A stretch of DNA of 64,000 bases from an uncultured Muribaculaceae bacterium (GTDB taxonomy: Bacteria; Bacillota_I; Bacilli_A; RF39; UBA660): contig CAZYQE010000001.1 in assembly GCA_964650315.1 (NCBI GenBank), forward strand, positions 78,677 to 142,676. Reading direction: 5' to 3'. Shown piece by piece: positions 39,934 through 50,168 of the stretch (positions are counted from its first letter, which is position 1; each line of letters opens with the position of its first letter). The notes under the pieces were generated by a model that made no database searches, was not told the DNA's origin, and was given only the letters and a program-made list of their open reading frames with translations. The position numbers and the translations under genes are program-made.

Positions 39934-40437
39934 ATGAGAGAAAAAATAAAATTAGAAACTACTATAATATTAGTATTAAGTATTACTATAGTATTTATAG
40001 GTATAGGTTTTATATACTTATCTATGAAATTAAATCAAGCTAAAGAAAATAAAGAAAAGTATGAAGTAAATATTACAAAAATAGTTAAAGGTAATATTAT
40101 AAATGGATCTAATAAAAGTATTGAGACTGATTCAGAAATTATAGATAATAAAAAAACTGCTAAATTCAAACTAAATTTAAAGAATGTTAAAGATTCAGTA
40201 TCTTATACAATAGTAATTAAAAATACTGGTACATTATCTGCTCAAATAGATAATATTATAGAAAGAAATAACTTTCCAAAAGACTTAGTAACTATAAAAT
40301 ATAATGATATAGTAGGAGAAGTTATAGAACCTGGTGATGAGATAGAAATGGACCTTAATGTTATATCTCCTAATAAAAAAATATTATCTAAAGATTTTGT
40401 ATATGAAATAACTATTTTAACATCCAATATTAATTAA
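39934..40437 (+). CDS. Exported beta-sandwich protein, TasA/camelysin-like
   Basis: ATG 39934; TM ending IGIGFIYLS; DSVSYTIVIKNTGTLSA, IEPGDE. Confidence 0.55.
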   Translation: MREKIKLETTIILVLSITIVFIGIGFIYLSMKLNQAKENKEKYEVNITKIVKGNIINGSNKSIETDSEIIDNKKTAKFKLNLKNVKDSVSYTIVIKNTGTLSAQIDNIIERNNFPKDLVTIKYNDIVGEVIEPGDEIEMDLNVISPNKKILSKDFVYEITILTSNIN

Positions 40438-40498
40438 AGAGATAATCGACAAATCTCTTTTTTTTTGATATAATACCAATATAATAGGAGTGAATATT

Positions 40499-41815
40499 AT
40501 GGCTAGAAAAAAGAAGAAAAAATCTATTAATAGAAGAATAGTTGAAATATTAATATTTATTAGTATTTTAGTTATATTACTTGGTACTTATTTACTATAT
40601 TTAAGTAATTCAAAAAGAATATTTCTACAATCAGTAAATAATCTTACAGAATCATTTAAAAACATAGAAGAGTTTGAACCAGAATTTAGAGACTATGAAA
40701 TTATATCTGATTTAACTATTAACACAACAGGTAAAATAGATTTAGAAAAATATGAAAATAGATATTATAAAGTATTATCTAATATAATAAATAATTATAA
40801 TGATACAATAGCTAATATAGCCTACACTTCTAATAAGACAAATAAAGAATTATATATAGATTATCAAACTAATATAAATAAGAAAGATTTAATATCTGGA
40901 AAATACTTAATAAAAGATAATACAGAGTACTATCAAGTATCTAATATAACTAATAATTATATTAATAATGGTAATAATACTTATTTTGAATCTTTTAGAA
41001 GTAATACTAAAGAAAGCGATAATCTTATATATGTAAAAAATAAATTTAACAAACTATTTATTAAAAATATAAATGATGATTATTTTACTAGAAAAACAAC
41101 TAGTAATACAAAGATTACATTAACACTAGATAATAAAAGAATTAATAAAATATATAAAGAAACTATAAAAGATCTAAAACAAGATAAAAAAGCTAATGAA
41201 ATAATAACTGGTTATGATAGAGACTTCTTTAAAAAGAAGATAAATGATGTAGAGTATCTAGATAAAGATAAGAAATTATATATAACTATTTATACAGATA
41301 ATATTACATATAGTACAAAGAAATATGAAGTTAAATATAAGAGTCAGAAACTAACATATGAAAATAATAAATTTAAATTATATAAGAATAATAAATTAAA
41401 GTTTAGTGGTGATATTACTAATAAAGAAAAACGACTTAGTGTAAATATATATAATAAAAATAATACTAAAATAGGTAGTTTAAGTATATCTAGAAAGAAG
41501 AATAAAAAGAAATTAGTATTTAATATAAAAGATAGAGGATTAAAGAATAGTATAGTAATTAATACTAGTAAAAGAAAAGTAAATAAGAAAGAATATAAAC
41601 AGAATATAAGTATTAATATTGCTGGTGAAAAAGATAATGAGGGTGTTTATAGTATTATTTTAAATCTAAATAATAAGATAATACCTGCTAAAAAGATAAG
41701 GGTAGATGTATCAGAATCAGAATTAGCTAGTAGTCTAGAAGATGCTAAGAAAAAAGAAATTATAAATAAAAAACAAAATATTATAGATAAAATAATTAAA
41801 CAGGAGGAAAAATGA
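40499..41815 (+). CDS. Membrane-anchored beta-rich hypothetical protein
   Basis: SD AGGAGTGA, basic N-terminus plus TM, long Lys/Asn-rich ectodomain. Confidence 0.6.
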   Translation: MARKKKKKSINRRIVEILIFISILVILLGTYLLYLSNSKRIFLQSVNNLTESFKNIEEFEPEFRDYEIISDLTINTTGKIDLEKYENRYYKVLSNIINNYNDTIANIAYTSNKTNKELYIDYQTNINKKDLISGKYLIKDNTEYYQVSNITNNYINNGNNTYFESFRSNTKESDNLIYVKNKFNKLFIKNINDDYFTRKTTSNTKITLTLDNKRINKIYKETIKDLKQDKKANEIITGYDRDFFKKKINDVEYLDKDKKLYITIYTDNITYSTKKYEVKYKSQKLTYENNKFKLYKNNKLKFSGDITNKEKRLSVNIYNKNNTKIGSLSISRKKNKKKLVFNIKDRGLKNSIVINTSKRKVNKKEYKQNISINIAGEKDNEGVYSIILNLNNKIIPAKKIRVDVSESELASSLEDAKKKEIINKKQNIIDKIIKQEEK

Positions 41816-42276
41816 AAAAGATACCAAAGAAAGCATTAATAATAGTATTTATATTATTAATAATAGTAGTTTTAATATTAGGAATTAAATTAATAACACT
41901 ATCAAAACAAAAACAAAAAAATGAACAAGCAGATATAGTTGTACCAGTATATAAAGATAAATTAAAGATAAATTTTAATGTAGAAATTAAAAAGATGAAA
42001 AATAAAGAAATGTATTATGTAATTAGAGTAGTTAATTATAGAAATAAGAAAGTATCTAAGAAAGATATTAAGTATAGTATTGAGATATTAAAAAATGATA
42101 ATATAAATGTTGAATTATATAAGTATAATGAAAATAATAATTTATTAGATAAAAATAATAAAGTAAATAATTTAGTATTAAAAGGTAATAAAAAAGAAGA
42201 TGTATTATATAAGATACATGTTAAAGAAAAAAATAAAGTAAAAAATGTAAATTTAGGTGTAAATATAAGAAGTTAG
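41812..42276 (+). CDS. Membrane-anchored beta-sandwich hypothetical protein
   Basis: SD AGGAGG, N-terminal TM, YYVIRVVN..IKYSIEI. Confidence 0.6.
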   Translation: MKKIPKKALIIVFILLIIVVLILGIKLITLSKQKQKNEQADIVVPVYKDKLKINFNVEIKKMKNKEMYYVIRVVNYRNKKVSKKDIKYSIEILKNDNINVELYKYNENNNLLDKNNKVNNLVLKGNKKEDVLYKIHVKEKNKVKNVNLGVNIRS

Positions 42277-42294
42277 TATATATAGGAGGAGCTT

Positions 42295-42594
42295 ATGGAA
42301 ATTGAATATTTAGATCCAATAGATAATAGTAAAGATTTAGTTGTTTCTATAGAAACAGTAAATGTTGATAAAGAGATAGCAGAAATAGATAGTATAATTG
42401 CAAAACTAGAAGAAAAGAAAAAAGAGTTAATAGAGCAATTAAAAAATATGGGATATGAAAAAAAAGAGGCTCCACAAGAAGTAATAGAAGTAGAACCTGC
42501 AAAAGTAATATTATTACCAGATAAATCAAAAGAATTAGAAACAATGTTAGTAAATGAAGAAACAGAAAAATATAATAGTATAGGAAGTAAATAA
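42295..42594 (+). CDS. Small acidic coiled-coil hypothetical protein
   Basis: SD AGGAGGAG; followed by the AGGAAGTA/TACTTCCT terminator. Confidence 0.6.
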   Translation: MEIEYLDPIDNSKDLVVSIETVNVDKEIAEIDSIIAKLEEKKKELIEQLKNMGYEKKEAPQEVIEVEPAKVILLPDKSKELETMLVNEETEKYNSIGSK

Positions 42595-42637
42595 ATACTT
42601 CCTTTTTTAATGCAAAAAAAATAAACCTATAAAAGGT

Positions 42638-45229
42638 TTATTCATCTTTAAAGAATTTATTTATAACTCCCTTAGATAATTCTACAAGTATAAATATAAC
42701 AATGTTAAATATAAATACAAAACCTACTTGATTAAGAGTTAATGATTCTATATGTAATAATTCTCTAGCTGGTGTTACAAACGTTAATATTTGAATTATT
42801 ATAATAACAATTAATCCTACATTGAAATATTTATTAGAGAAGAATCCTTGTTTATATATAGGTTGTTTTAAATTACGACAGTTAATTGAATAGAATGTTT
42901 CTTGTACTATTAAACAAAGTAATGCCATAGTTTGAGCAACTGCTAAACCAAAGTTAAGTCCATATAAGAAACATACGAATACTATAAGACCTTCTAAGAA
43001 TGCAGAAAATAGTAATGAAGCATTTACCCAAGGAGTAAAGAATTTACTTGTACTCTTACGAGGAGGCCTTTTCATTACATCACTCGAAGCTTTTTCAAAT
43101 GCTAATAATATAGAAAGACCTGCATCTGTAACTAAATCGATATATAAAATATGAATAGGTAGTAGGGCAGTTACTGATAAGAACATACCAGCTACTACAA
43201 TAAATATTTCTGCAAAGTTACTAGATAATGAATAAATTATAACATTTCTAATATTATCAAATATTCTTCTACCTTCATAGTTAGCATCTACAATAGTAGA
43301 AAAACTATCATCTAATAATAGAATATCTGCAGTACTTTTAGTAACTTCAGTACCAGTTTTACCCATACCAATACCAATATCAGCTAACTTTATAGAAGGT
43401 GCATCATTAACACCATCACCAGTCATTGCAACTACTTTATTATTATGTTGTAATGCTGTAACAATTCTAACTTTATCTTCAGGAGATACTCTAGCATATA
43501 CACTATATTTTAATACTACATGAGTAAGTTCCAAATCAGATAGTTTTGCTATTTCTTTTCCTTCAATACCAACTGAATCTTCATCAGCTAGTCCAACTTT
43601 TCTAGCTATTTCCATAGCAGTAGTTAAATTATCTCCAGTAATCATAATTGGAGTAATACCACATGCTTTACATGTTTCAATAGATGCTTTAACAGTATCT
43701 CTAGGCGGATCTATCATACCAACCATACCTATAAAGATAAGATCTTTTTCGTCTAAATCAGCAGTTTCTTTATAAGCAAAAGCAAGTACTCTTAAAGCTT
43801 TTTCAGATAATTTCTTTTCAATCTTAAATAATTCATTCTTTTTCTTTTTATCTAATTTTTCTTTTTTACCATTAATTAATATATATTTACTATTAGAAAG
43901 AATAGATTCTAAACTACCTTTAGTATATAATGTCATATCTTTACCATTAGTATATAAAGCACTCATCATCTTTCTAATAGAATCAAAAGGCATATCACCA
44001 ACTCTTCTATTATGAGACATCATTTCTTCATAATTAATATCATGTTTAATAGCACAATCAATTAATGCAGTTTCAGTTGGATCCCCAATTAATTTTTTCT
44101 TAATATAACTAGTATCATTAGCTAACATCATAGCTTTTATTAATAAATCATCTTTATCATATTTATATTCTTCTGCATCAACAACTTTATCATTAATAAA
44201 TATCTTAGTAACAGTCATCTTATTTTGAGTAATAGTACCAGTCTTATCAGAACAAATAACTTCTACATTACCTAAAGTTTCAACAGAAGACAATGTCCTA
44301 GCAATAGTTCTTTTGTTAGCCAAAGAATTAACCCCAATAGAAAGTGAAATAGTAATAACTGCAGGTAATCCTTCAGGAACAGCAGATACCATTAAACTAA
44401 TAGCTAACATCAAAACACTAATAAGACTATTATGTAAAACAAATATATTGTATACAGCAACAAATACTATTACGATACCTACTATTTTTGTTAAACCTTC
44501 ACTAATCTCACCAATCTTTTTCTGTAGTGGAGTAGGAACTTCTTTCTTTTCAGTTAAAGTATTAGCTATTTTACCAAGTTCAGTTTTCATACCAATATCA
44601 GTAACAACAACTAAACCTTTACCAGAAGTCACATCACATCCAGAATATACCATATTATATCTATCATTAATTAATACTTCATCTTCAATAACTTTATCAT
44701 CTTTACTAACAGGAACACTCTCACCAGTAAGTAGAGATTCATCTACACATAAATTATTACATTCAATAATCCTACCATCTGCAGGTATTTTATCTCCTGC
44801 TTCTAAATATAAAATATCACCCGGTAATAAATTTTCTACATTAATAATTACATCTTTACCATCTCTTATAACTTTACAATTAGACTTTTTTACTTTCTGT
44901 AAAGATGCAATAGAAGCTTCAGCTTTAGCTTCCTGTATATATCCCATCATTACATTTAATAATATAATTATAATAATTAATATAGTATCAGTAAGACTTT
45001 CTCCAGCCATAACAGAATAAATACCAGATATAACAGATACTATTAATAGTAATTTAATCATTAAATTATCAAATTGATTCAAAAATAGTTGCCACTTAGT
45101 AGTTTTATGCTTATTTTCAATCTTATTTTTACCAAACTCTTTTTTTCTTCTAGTAACCTGTTTACTATCTAAACCCTTTTTAGAAGAGTTTAACTCTTTA
45201 TAAACATCTTCAATTCTTTTTCTATACAT
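42638..45229 (-). CDS. P-type IIA cation (Ca2+)-transporting ATPase
   Basis: LTGES, VPEGLP, CSDKTGT, GDPTE, MTGDGVNDAPS. Confidence 0.93.
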   Translation of the reverse strand: MYRKRIEDVYKELNSSKKGLDSKQVTRRKKEFGKNKIENKHKTTKWQLFLNQFDNLMIKLLLIVSVISGIYSVMAGESLTDTILIIIIILLNVMMGYIQEAKAEASIASLQKVKKSNCKVIRDGKDVIINVENLLPGDILYLEAGDKIPADGRIIECNNLCVDESLLTGESVPVSKDDKVIEDEVLINDRYNMVYSGCDVTSGKGLVVVTDIGMKTELGKIANTLTEKKEVPTPLQKKIGEISEGLTKIVGIVIVFVAVYNIFVLHNSLISVLMLAISLMVSAVPEGLPAVITISLSIGVNSLANKRTIARTLSSVETLGNVEVICSDKTGTITQNKMTVTKIFINDKVVDAEEYKYDKDDLLIKAMMLANDTSYIKKKLIGDPTETALIDCAIKHDINYEEMMSHNRRVGDMPFDSIRKMMSALYTNGKDMTLYTKGSLESILSNSKYILINGKKEKLDKKKKNELFKIEKKLSEKALRVLAFAYKETADLDEKDLIFIGMVGMIDPPRDTVKASIETCKACGITPIMITGDNLTTAMEIARKVGLADEDSVGIEGKEIAKLSDLELTHVVLKYSVYARVSPEDKVRIVTALQHNNKVVAMTGDGVNDAPSIKLADIGIGMGKTGTEVTKSTADILLLDDSFSTIVDANYEGRRIFDNIRNVIIYSLSSNFAEIFIVVAGMFLSVTALLPIHILYIDLVTDAGLSILLAFEKASSDVMKRPPRKSTSKFFTPWVNASLLFSAFLEGLIVFVCFLYGLNFGLAVAQTMALLCLIVQETFYSINCRNLKQPIYKQGFFSNKYFNVGLIVIIIIQILTFVTPARELLHIESLTLNQVGFVFIFNIVIFILVELSKGVINKFFKDE

Positions 45230-45349
45230 ATATCCACCCCATATACTATATATATTATATCACTATTTATAGTAATTTAAATATTAAATTATATACTTTA
45301 CATAAAAAATATAAATATTGTATAATAATCATTAGAAAAGAGGAATAAA

Positions 45350-46246
45350 ATGATAAAATTAGTTAAGAGACAAAAAGATGCGAATTGTATTACTCATAGT
45401 GGTACTATGCATGCTGATGATGTATTCGCAACTGCTTTTTTAGAGTTATATAAAAAAAATATTAAATTAATTAGAGTAAGCCATGTAGAAAAAGACTTAT
45501 CAAAAGATACAATTGTATATGATATAGGTAGAGGTAAGTTTGATCACCACCAAGAAGATGTAGAAACAAGAGAAAATGGTATTAAATATTCATCTATTGG
45601 ATTACTTTGGAAAATGTTTGGAAAAGATTATTTAAAGAAAGAAAAAATAGAAGATATAGATGAAGTATTTAAATATATGGATAAAGAATTAATAGAAGGA
45701 ATAGATGCTATAGATAATGGGATATTTCCTGAAATAGAAGCAAATTATAAAGTAAAAACTATTAGTGATATTATTAAAGTATTTAATCCTAGTTTTTATA
45801 CTACTCAAGATGAAAATAAACAATTTTTAAAAGCAGTTAACTTAGCTAAAGAAATATTTATAGAAACATTATATAGTGTAGTAGGAAAAATAAAAGCTAA
45901 AAAAGAAGTAAATAAATTAATAGATAAAAATGAAGAATTATATTTAGAATTAGATAAGTATTTACCATATGAAGAAGCTATACTTACTAATCCAAAAGGA
46001 GATAGTATTATGTTTGTATTATATCCATCTAATAGAGGAGGATATGCTATTAAGACTATTCCTAAATCAACAAGTGATAGTACAGATAGATTATTATTAC
46101 CAAAAAAATGGGCAGGACTTGTAGATGAAGAGTTAGAAAAAGTAACTAAAGTAGAAGGAGCAATGTTCTGTCATACAAATAGATTTATAGCAACTGCTAA
46201 AACTAAAGAAGCTGCATTAAAACTAATAAAGGAAGCATTAAAATAA
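45350..46246 (+). CDS. MYG1 (UPF0160) family DHH-like exonuclease
   Basis: THSGTMHADDV, YDIG..FDHHQ, IDAIDNG, FCHTNRF. Confidence 0.9.
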   Translation: MIKLVKRQKDANCITHSGTMHADDVFATAFLELYKKNIKLIRVSHVEKDLSKDTIVYDIGRGKFDHHQEDVETRENGIKYSSIGLLWKMFGKDYLKKEKIEDIDEVFKYMDKELIEGIDAIDNGIFPEIEANYKVKTISDIIKVFNPSFYTTQDENKQFLKAVNLAKEIFIETLYSVVGKIKAKKEVNKLIDKNEELYLELDKYLPYEEAILTNPKGDSIMFVLYPSNRGGYAIKTIPKSTSDSTDRLLLPKKWAGLVDEELEKVTKVEGAMFCHTNRFIATAKTKEAALKLIKEALK

Positions 46247-46305
46247 TTACGAAAGTAATTATTTTTTTATTTTACAATCACTTTACAAATGTATGGTTCC
46301 TAAAC

Positions 46306-46336
46306 TTGACAAAAAAGTCCGGGGGGGGGGTAAACT
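46306..46336 (+). promoter_or_regulatory. Sigma-A promoter with G10 homopolymer in the spacer (candidate phase-variable promoter)
   Basis: TTGACA (46306-11), AAAAAGTCC+G10 (19 nt), TAAACT (46331-36). Confidence 0.7.
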
Positions 46337-46365
46337 TTATATATAAGTAAATATAGGAGGAAAAT

Positions 46366-46623
46366 ATGGAAAATGAAATAATTAAGTTCCCACAAGAAAA
46401 CATTTTTATGGAATTTAAAATAGGAGAACAGAATTATGCTGTTATAGGAAGCACCGATAAACTAGATGAAGAAAATGGAGACGAAGTATACTTTGTAAAA
46501 GTAGACATAGTAGATGGAGAAAAGATTGCAAGAAATATTGAAAACCATGATGAATTAGTTAAAGCAGAACAAAAATTTTATGATACTTTATATAGTTTAG
46601 AAGAAGGTGAAGAAAATGTTTGA
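46366..46623 (+). CDS. Small acidic DUF1292-like protein (85 aa)
   Basis: SD AGGAGG; EFKIGEQNYAVI..DEVYFVKV..NIENHDELVKAEQKF pattern. Confidence 0.6.
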   Translation: MENEIIKFPQENIFMEFKIGEQNYAVIGSTDKLDEENGDEVYFVKVDIVDGEKIARNIENHDELVKAEQKFYDTLYSLEEGEENV

Positions 46624-47284
46624 GAGTAAAGCTCAAAAAGAAGCAGAATTAATTGCTGAACGTAATAAATTAATAGATGCACAAGAGAAAGCAGAAAAAA
46701 AAGAAGATAAGTGGAACTGTAGTGATCATGGATATGGAGAAGAAATAGAAAAAGAATTAGGTTACACTGGAAGTGAAGATTTAGTTGCAGAAGCACTACT
46801 TGCAACAAACGAACCTAGATATGTAAGATTAGGTAAATATTTAAAAGAAATAAATGATATGAAGAATATTAGAGATTATAAAAATATTACAAAAGCAGAA
46901 GTAGCAGCAGATATAGAGGATATTAGAGATCATGTACCTCGTAGATCATATTTTGATGGTGATATAAAAACAACATATAAACAATTCAAAAAAATAGAAA
47001 AACAAAAAATAAAAATTGATAAAGAGATATGCAAAAAAACAAATAAGTATAAAGATGTCGGACACTTTATAAGCGTTGATAAAGTTGATGTAGAACTTGA
47101 GTTAAAAGCATTAATAGAGCATAAAGTATATAATGATGAGGGTATAATAAATAATGGGACATACGATCCATATATTTCTTCTATTCATGACTTACAACCT
47201 AGTGAATTAACAGAATTCTTTGATAATTGTCCTGAATTAGATTTTGTAGATACAAGTAGATTAACCAAAGGTAATAGTAAATAA
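46616..47284 (+). CDS. Orphan protein (222 aa) overlapping the upstream gene
   Basis: SD AAGGTGA, ATG 46616; AGAGGA/TCCTCT terminator follows. Confidence 0.65.
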   Translation: MFESKAQKEAELIAERNKLIDAQEKAEKKEDKWNCSDHGYGEEIEKELGYTGSEDLVAEALLATNEPRYVRLGKYLKEINDMKNIRDYKNITKAEVAADIEDIRDHVPRRSYFDGDIKTTYKQFKKIEKQKIKIDKEICKKTNKYKDVGHFISVDKVDVELELKALIEHKVYNDEGIINNGTYDPYISSIHDLQPSELTEFFDNCPELDFVDTSRLTKGNSK

Positions 47285-47361
47285 TCATAGAGGAATTATC
47301 CTCTTTTTTCTTGCTTAAAATTAATATATTGTGTAAAATTTAGGTATGGAAGGGTGATTGT

Positions 47362-47901
47362 ATGAGTATTTATAATTGTGTAGTTAAAGATAGAAATGGT
47401 AAGGATGTAAAGATTAGTGATTATAAAGATAAAGTATTATTAATAGTTAATACTGCTACTGGATGTGGGTTTACACCTCAATATGAAGGATTAGAAACTT
47501 TATATAAGAAATATCATGATAAAGGTTTAGAAATATTAGATTTTCCATGTAATCAATTTGGTAAACAGGCTCCAGGTACTAATGATGAAATACATGAATT
47601 TTGTCAGTTTAAATATAATACTAGTTTTGATCAATTTGATAAGATTGATGTTAATGGGGAAAATGAAATTGAATTATTTAAATATTTAAAAGATAATGCT
47701 AAGGAAGATATAGTTAAAGGTATGAAACATAAAGTAACTATGAAAGGTATAGAAAAGATTAGTTCTACTTATAAAAATAAAAATGATATTAAATGGAATT
47801 TTACTAAATTCTTAGTAGATAAAAATGGTAATGTAGTATCTAGATATTCTCCAATAGAAGATCCTAGTATTATGGAAGATAAAATAAAAGAATTATTATA
47901 G
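47362..47901 (+). CDS. Glutathione peroxidase family protein (Cys-type)
   Basis: VNTATGCGFTPQY, FPCNQF, KWNFTKFLV. Confidence 0.93.
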   Translation: MSIYNCVVKDRNGKDVKISDYKDKVLLIVNTATGCGFTPQYEGLETLYKKYHDKGLEILDFPCNQFGKQAPGTNDEIHEFCQFKYNTSFDQFDKIDVNGENEIELFKYLKDNAKEDIVKGMKHKVTMKGIEKISSTYKNKNDIKWNFTKFLVDKNGNVVSRYSPIEDPSIMEDKIKELL

Positions 47902-47910
47902 GAGGTTAAT

Positions 47911-48801
47911 ATGTACGATATTATAATTATAGGAGCAGGACCTGCAGGTTTAACTGCAGCTATATATGCTTTAAGAGCTAATAAAAAAGTTTTAGTACTA
48001 GAAGCTAAAACTTATGGGGGACAAATAGTAAATGCTTCTAATATAGAAAATTATCCAGGTATTAAAAGTATTAGTGGATTTGATTTTTCTACTAATTTAT
48101 ATAATCAAGTAAAAGATTTAGGTGGAGAAATTAAAATAGAGACAGTTATAAATATAAATGATAAAAAAGAAGTTACTACTAATAAAGATAAATATAATAC
48201 TAAAGCTATTATTATTGCGACTGGTTCTAATAATAGAAAACTAAATATAGATAAAGAAGAAGACTTTATTGGTAAAGGAGTATCTTATTGTGCTACTTGT
48301 GATGGAGCTTTTTATAAAGATAAAGATGTTATGGTAGTAGGTGGAGGAAATACTGCTTTAGAAGATAGTTTGTATTTATCTAATATTGTAAATAAAGTAT
48401 ATTTAGTTCATAGAAGAGATGAATTTAGAGGAGAAAATAAATTTGTAGAAGAAATTAAATCTAAAGATAATATAGAATTAGTATTAAATTCTACTATTAA
48501 AAGTATTAATGGATCAGATACTTTAGAAAGTATAGATATTATAGATAAAGATAATAATATAACTAATATTAAAGTAAATGGTTTATTTATAGCTATTGGA
48601 CAAGAACCTAAAAATGAAATATTTAAAAATATTATTAATATAGATAGTAATGGTTATATAGAAACTAATGATGGAGTACATACTAATATAGATGGTATCT
48701 ATGTAGCAGGTGATTGTAGAAATAAAGATTTAAGACAATTAACTACTGCAGTTAGTGATGGAAGTATTGCTGCTACTACTGCTATTAATGAAATGAAATA
48801 A
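47911..48801 (+). CDS. trxB: Thioredoxin-disulfide reductase
   Basis: GAGPAG, GVSYCATCDG, GGGNTA, HRRDEFR. Confidence 0.93.
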   Translation: MYDIIIIGAGPAGLTAAIYALRANKKVLVLEAKTYGGQIVNASNIENYPGIKSISGFDFSTNLYNQVKDLGGEIKIETVININDKKEVTTNKDKYNTKAIIIATGSNNRKLNIDKEEDFIGKGVSYCATCDGAFYKDKDVMVVGGGNTALEDSLYLSNIVNKVYLVHRRDEFRGENKFVEEIKSKDNIELVLNSTIKSINGSDTLESIDIIDKDNNITNIKVNGLFIAIGQEPKNEIFKNIINIDSNGYIETNDGVHTNIDGIYVAGDCRNKDLRQLTTAVSDGSIAATTAINEMK

Positions 48802-48826
48802 AAAAGAAGATTTATCTTCTTTTTTT
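48800..48826. terminator. Bidirectional terminator
   Basis: AAAAAGAAGAT/ATCTTCTTTTT between convergent trxB and sleC. Confidence 0.7.
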
Positions 48827-50168
48827 ATCTTTTAGAAAGTTCTACTATTTTCTCCCAAGATAGGGGACCTACTAAACCTGTTTCTATAATATTATAATCA
48901 TTTTGTATTTTTCTAATAGAACTTTCTGTTAAATCATCAAATACTCCATTAACTCTAACTCCGGGTATTGATTTATCATATCTACATATTTTAAGTAAAA
49001 ATCTTTGTAGTCTTAATACATCATTATTAGTCATACCTTTACTAAGAAAATATCCAGGATAAAGTTCATTAGCATATTCACTATACTCACTAGGTATAGT
49101 TTTTAATAATTTATCATAAGTAGTTTTTAATAGATTCCAATCAGTATAAGTTACCTCTCCAGTAGCAGGAAGTCCATATTTATTTTGAAAAGCTAGTACC
49201 ATAGTTTTAGTATTATCATTATATACAGAATTAGTTTTTAAATTAGGTATATCATTATCTAGAAAAGCAATAGCTCCTAAATAATAATGAATAAATTCTA
49301 CTTCTATACCAGTATCTCCATATTTAACAACATCTTTAAATGAAAAATCTGCTTCTTCAGGAGATAATCCTTCAGAATAAATATCAGATAGTTTTTTAAC
49401 ACTATTATAAATATATTTAATTCTATACCAAGTTGCTTTATCTACTATACCAGTTATAGGTAGAGAAAATATTTCTTGAAACTTTTTAACAGCATCTTCA
49501 GTGGAAGAATCATAAGCACCATCTTCTCCAGTAATAGCAGGTATAGCAGGGTAGTTTAATTTAATTCTTTTTAAATCTCTTTGGATTGCTCTAACAGGAT
49601 TACCAACATCTCCAAGTCCAACTTCATAACCAGGATAACTAACAGTAGATCCTCCTATAGGAGCATTATATTTAATATTAACATCATTACCATAATAATT
49701 TTTAAGTATTTGTAAAGGGTTCTTTCCTTGATTAGCTAAAGTAACAGTACCCCATTGTGAAAGTCCATTACAAGTAGTTTTTCTACCATCACAATATCTT
49801 GTAAAATATGGTTGTATTTGCCCTTCCTTATATACATAATCATTAAAAGCATCAGTAACTATATTATTAATATTTTCATAAATACTTCTATTAGGTATAT
49901 AAGTTTGATCATATATAGGGCTAGATGTTATATCAAAACTATAACCTTTAGTATGATACCATTCATTATAAATTCTATTCATTGCAAAGGATACAATAGC
50001 AAGTATATTAGCTTTTAAAGAATTAGTAGGCCAAGTAGGGTATAATTCACTAGAAGCAACATTAGAAATATAATCTACAAATGGAACAGTTATATTAGAA
50101 GCTGCTTCATCTGGTTTACCTAAATGAACAGTTATTTCTTCAGGTATAACGGGATATTTAATTGCCAT
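48825..50168 (-). CDS. sleC: SleC-type spore cortex-lytic enzyme (SpoIID/LytB catalytic domain plus three PG-binding domains), without pro-region
   Basis: PVIPEEITVHLG, NVASSELYPTWP, NRIYNEWY..KGY, YCDG..C..QWG, AVKKFQEIFSLPITGIVDKATW. Confidence 0.85.
   Translation of the reverse strand: MAIKYPVIPEEITVHLGKPDEAASNITVPFVDYISNVASSELYPTWPTNSLKANILAIVSFAMNRIYNEWYHTKGYSFDITSSPIYDQTYIPNRSIYENINNIVTDAFNDYVYKEGQIQPYFTRYCDGRKTTCNGLSQWGTVTLANQGKNPLQILKNYYGNDVNIKYNAPIGGSTVSYPGYEVGLGDVGNPVRAIQRDLKRIKLNYPAIPAITGEDGAYDSSTEDAVKKFQEIFSLPITGIVDKATWYRIKYIYNSVKKLSDIYSEGLSPEEADFSFKDVVKYGDTGIEVEFIHYYLGAIAFLDNDIPNLKTNSVYNDNTKTMVLAFQNKYGLPATGEVTYTDWNLLKTTYDKLLKTIPSEYSEYANELYPGYFLSKGMTNNDVLRLQRFLLKICRYDKSIPGVRVNGVFDDLTESSIRKIQNDYNIIETGLVGPLSWEKIVELSKR

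Noticed and set aside
40445-40451. Near-match Spo0A box (ATCGACA)
   Set aside because: One mismatch, and it lies in the loop of a terminator hairpin; insufficient support.
47362-47901. Selenocysteine or TGA recoding in the peroxidase or genome-wide
   Set aside because: The active-site codon is TGT (Cys); TGA ends genes normally and Trp is TGG in conserved positions.
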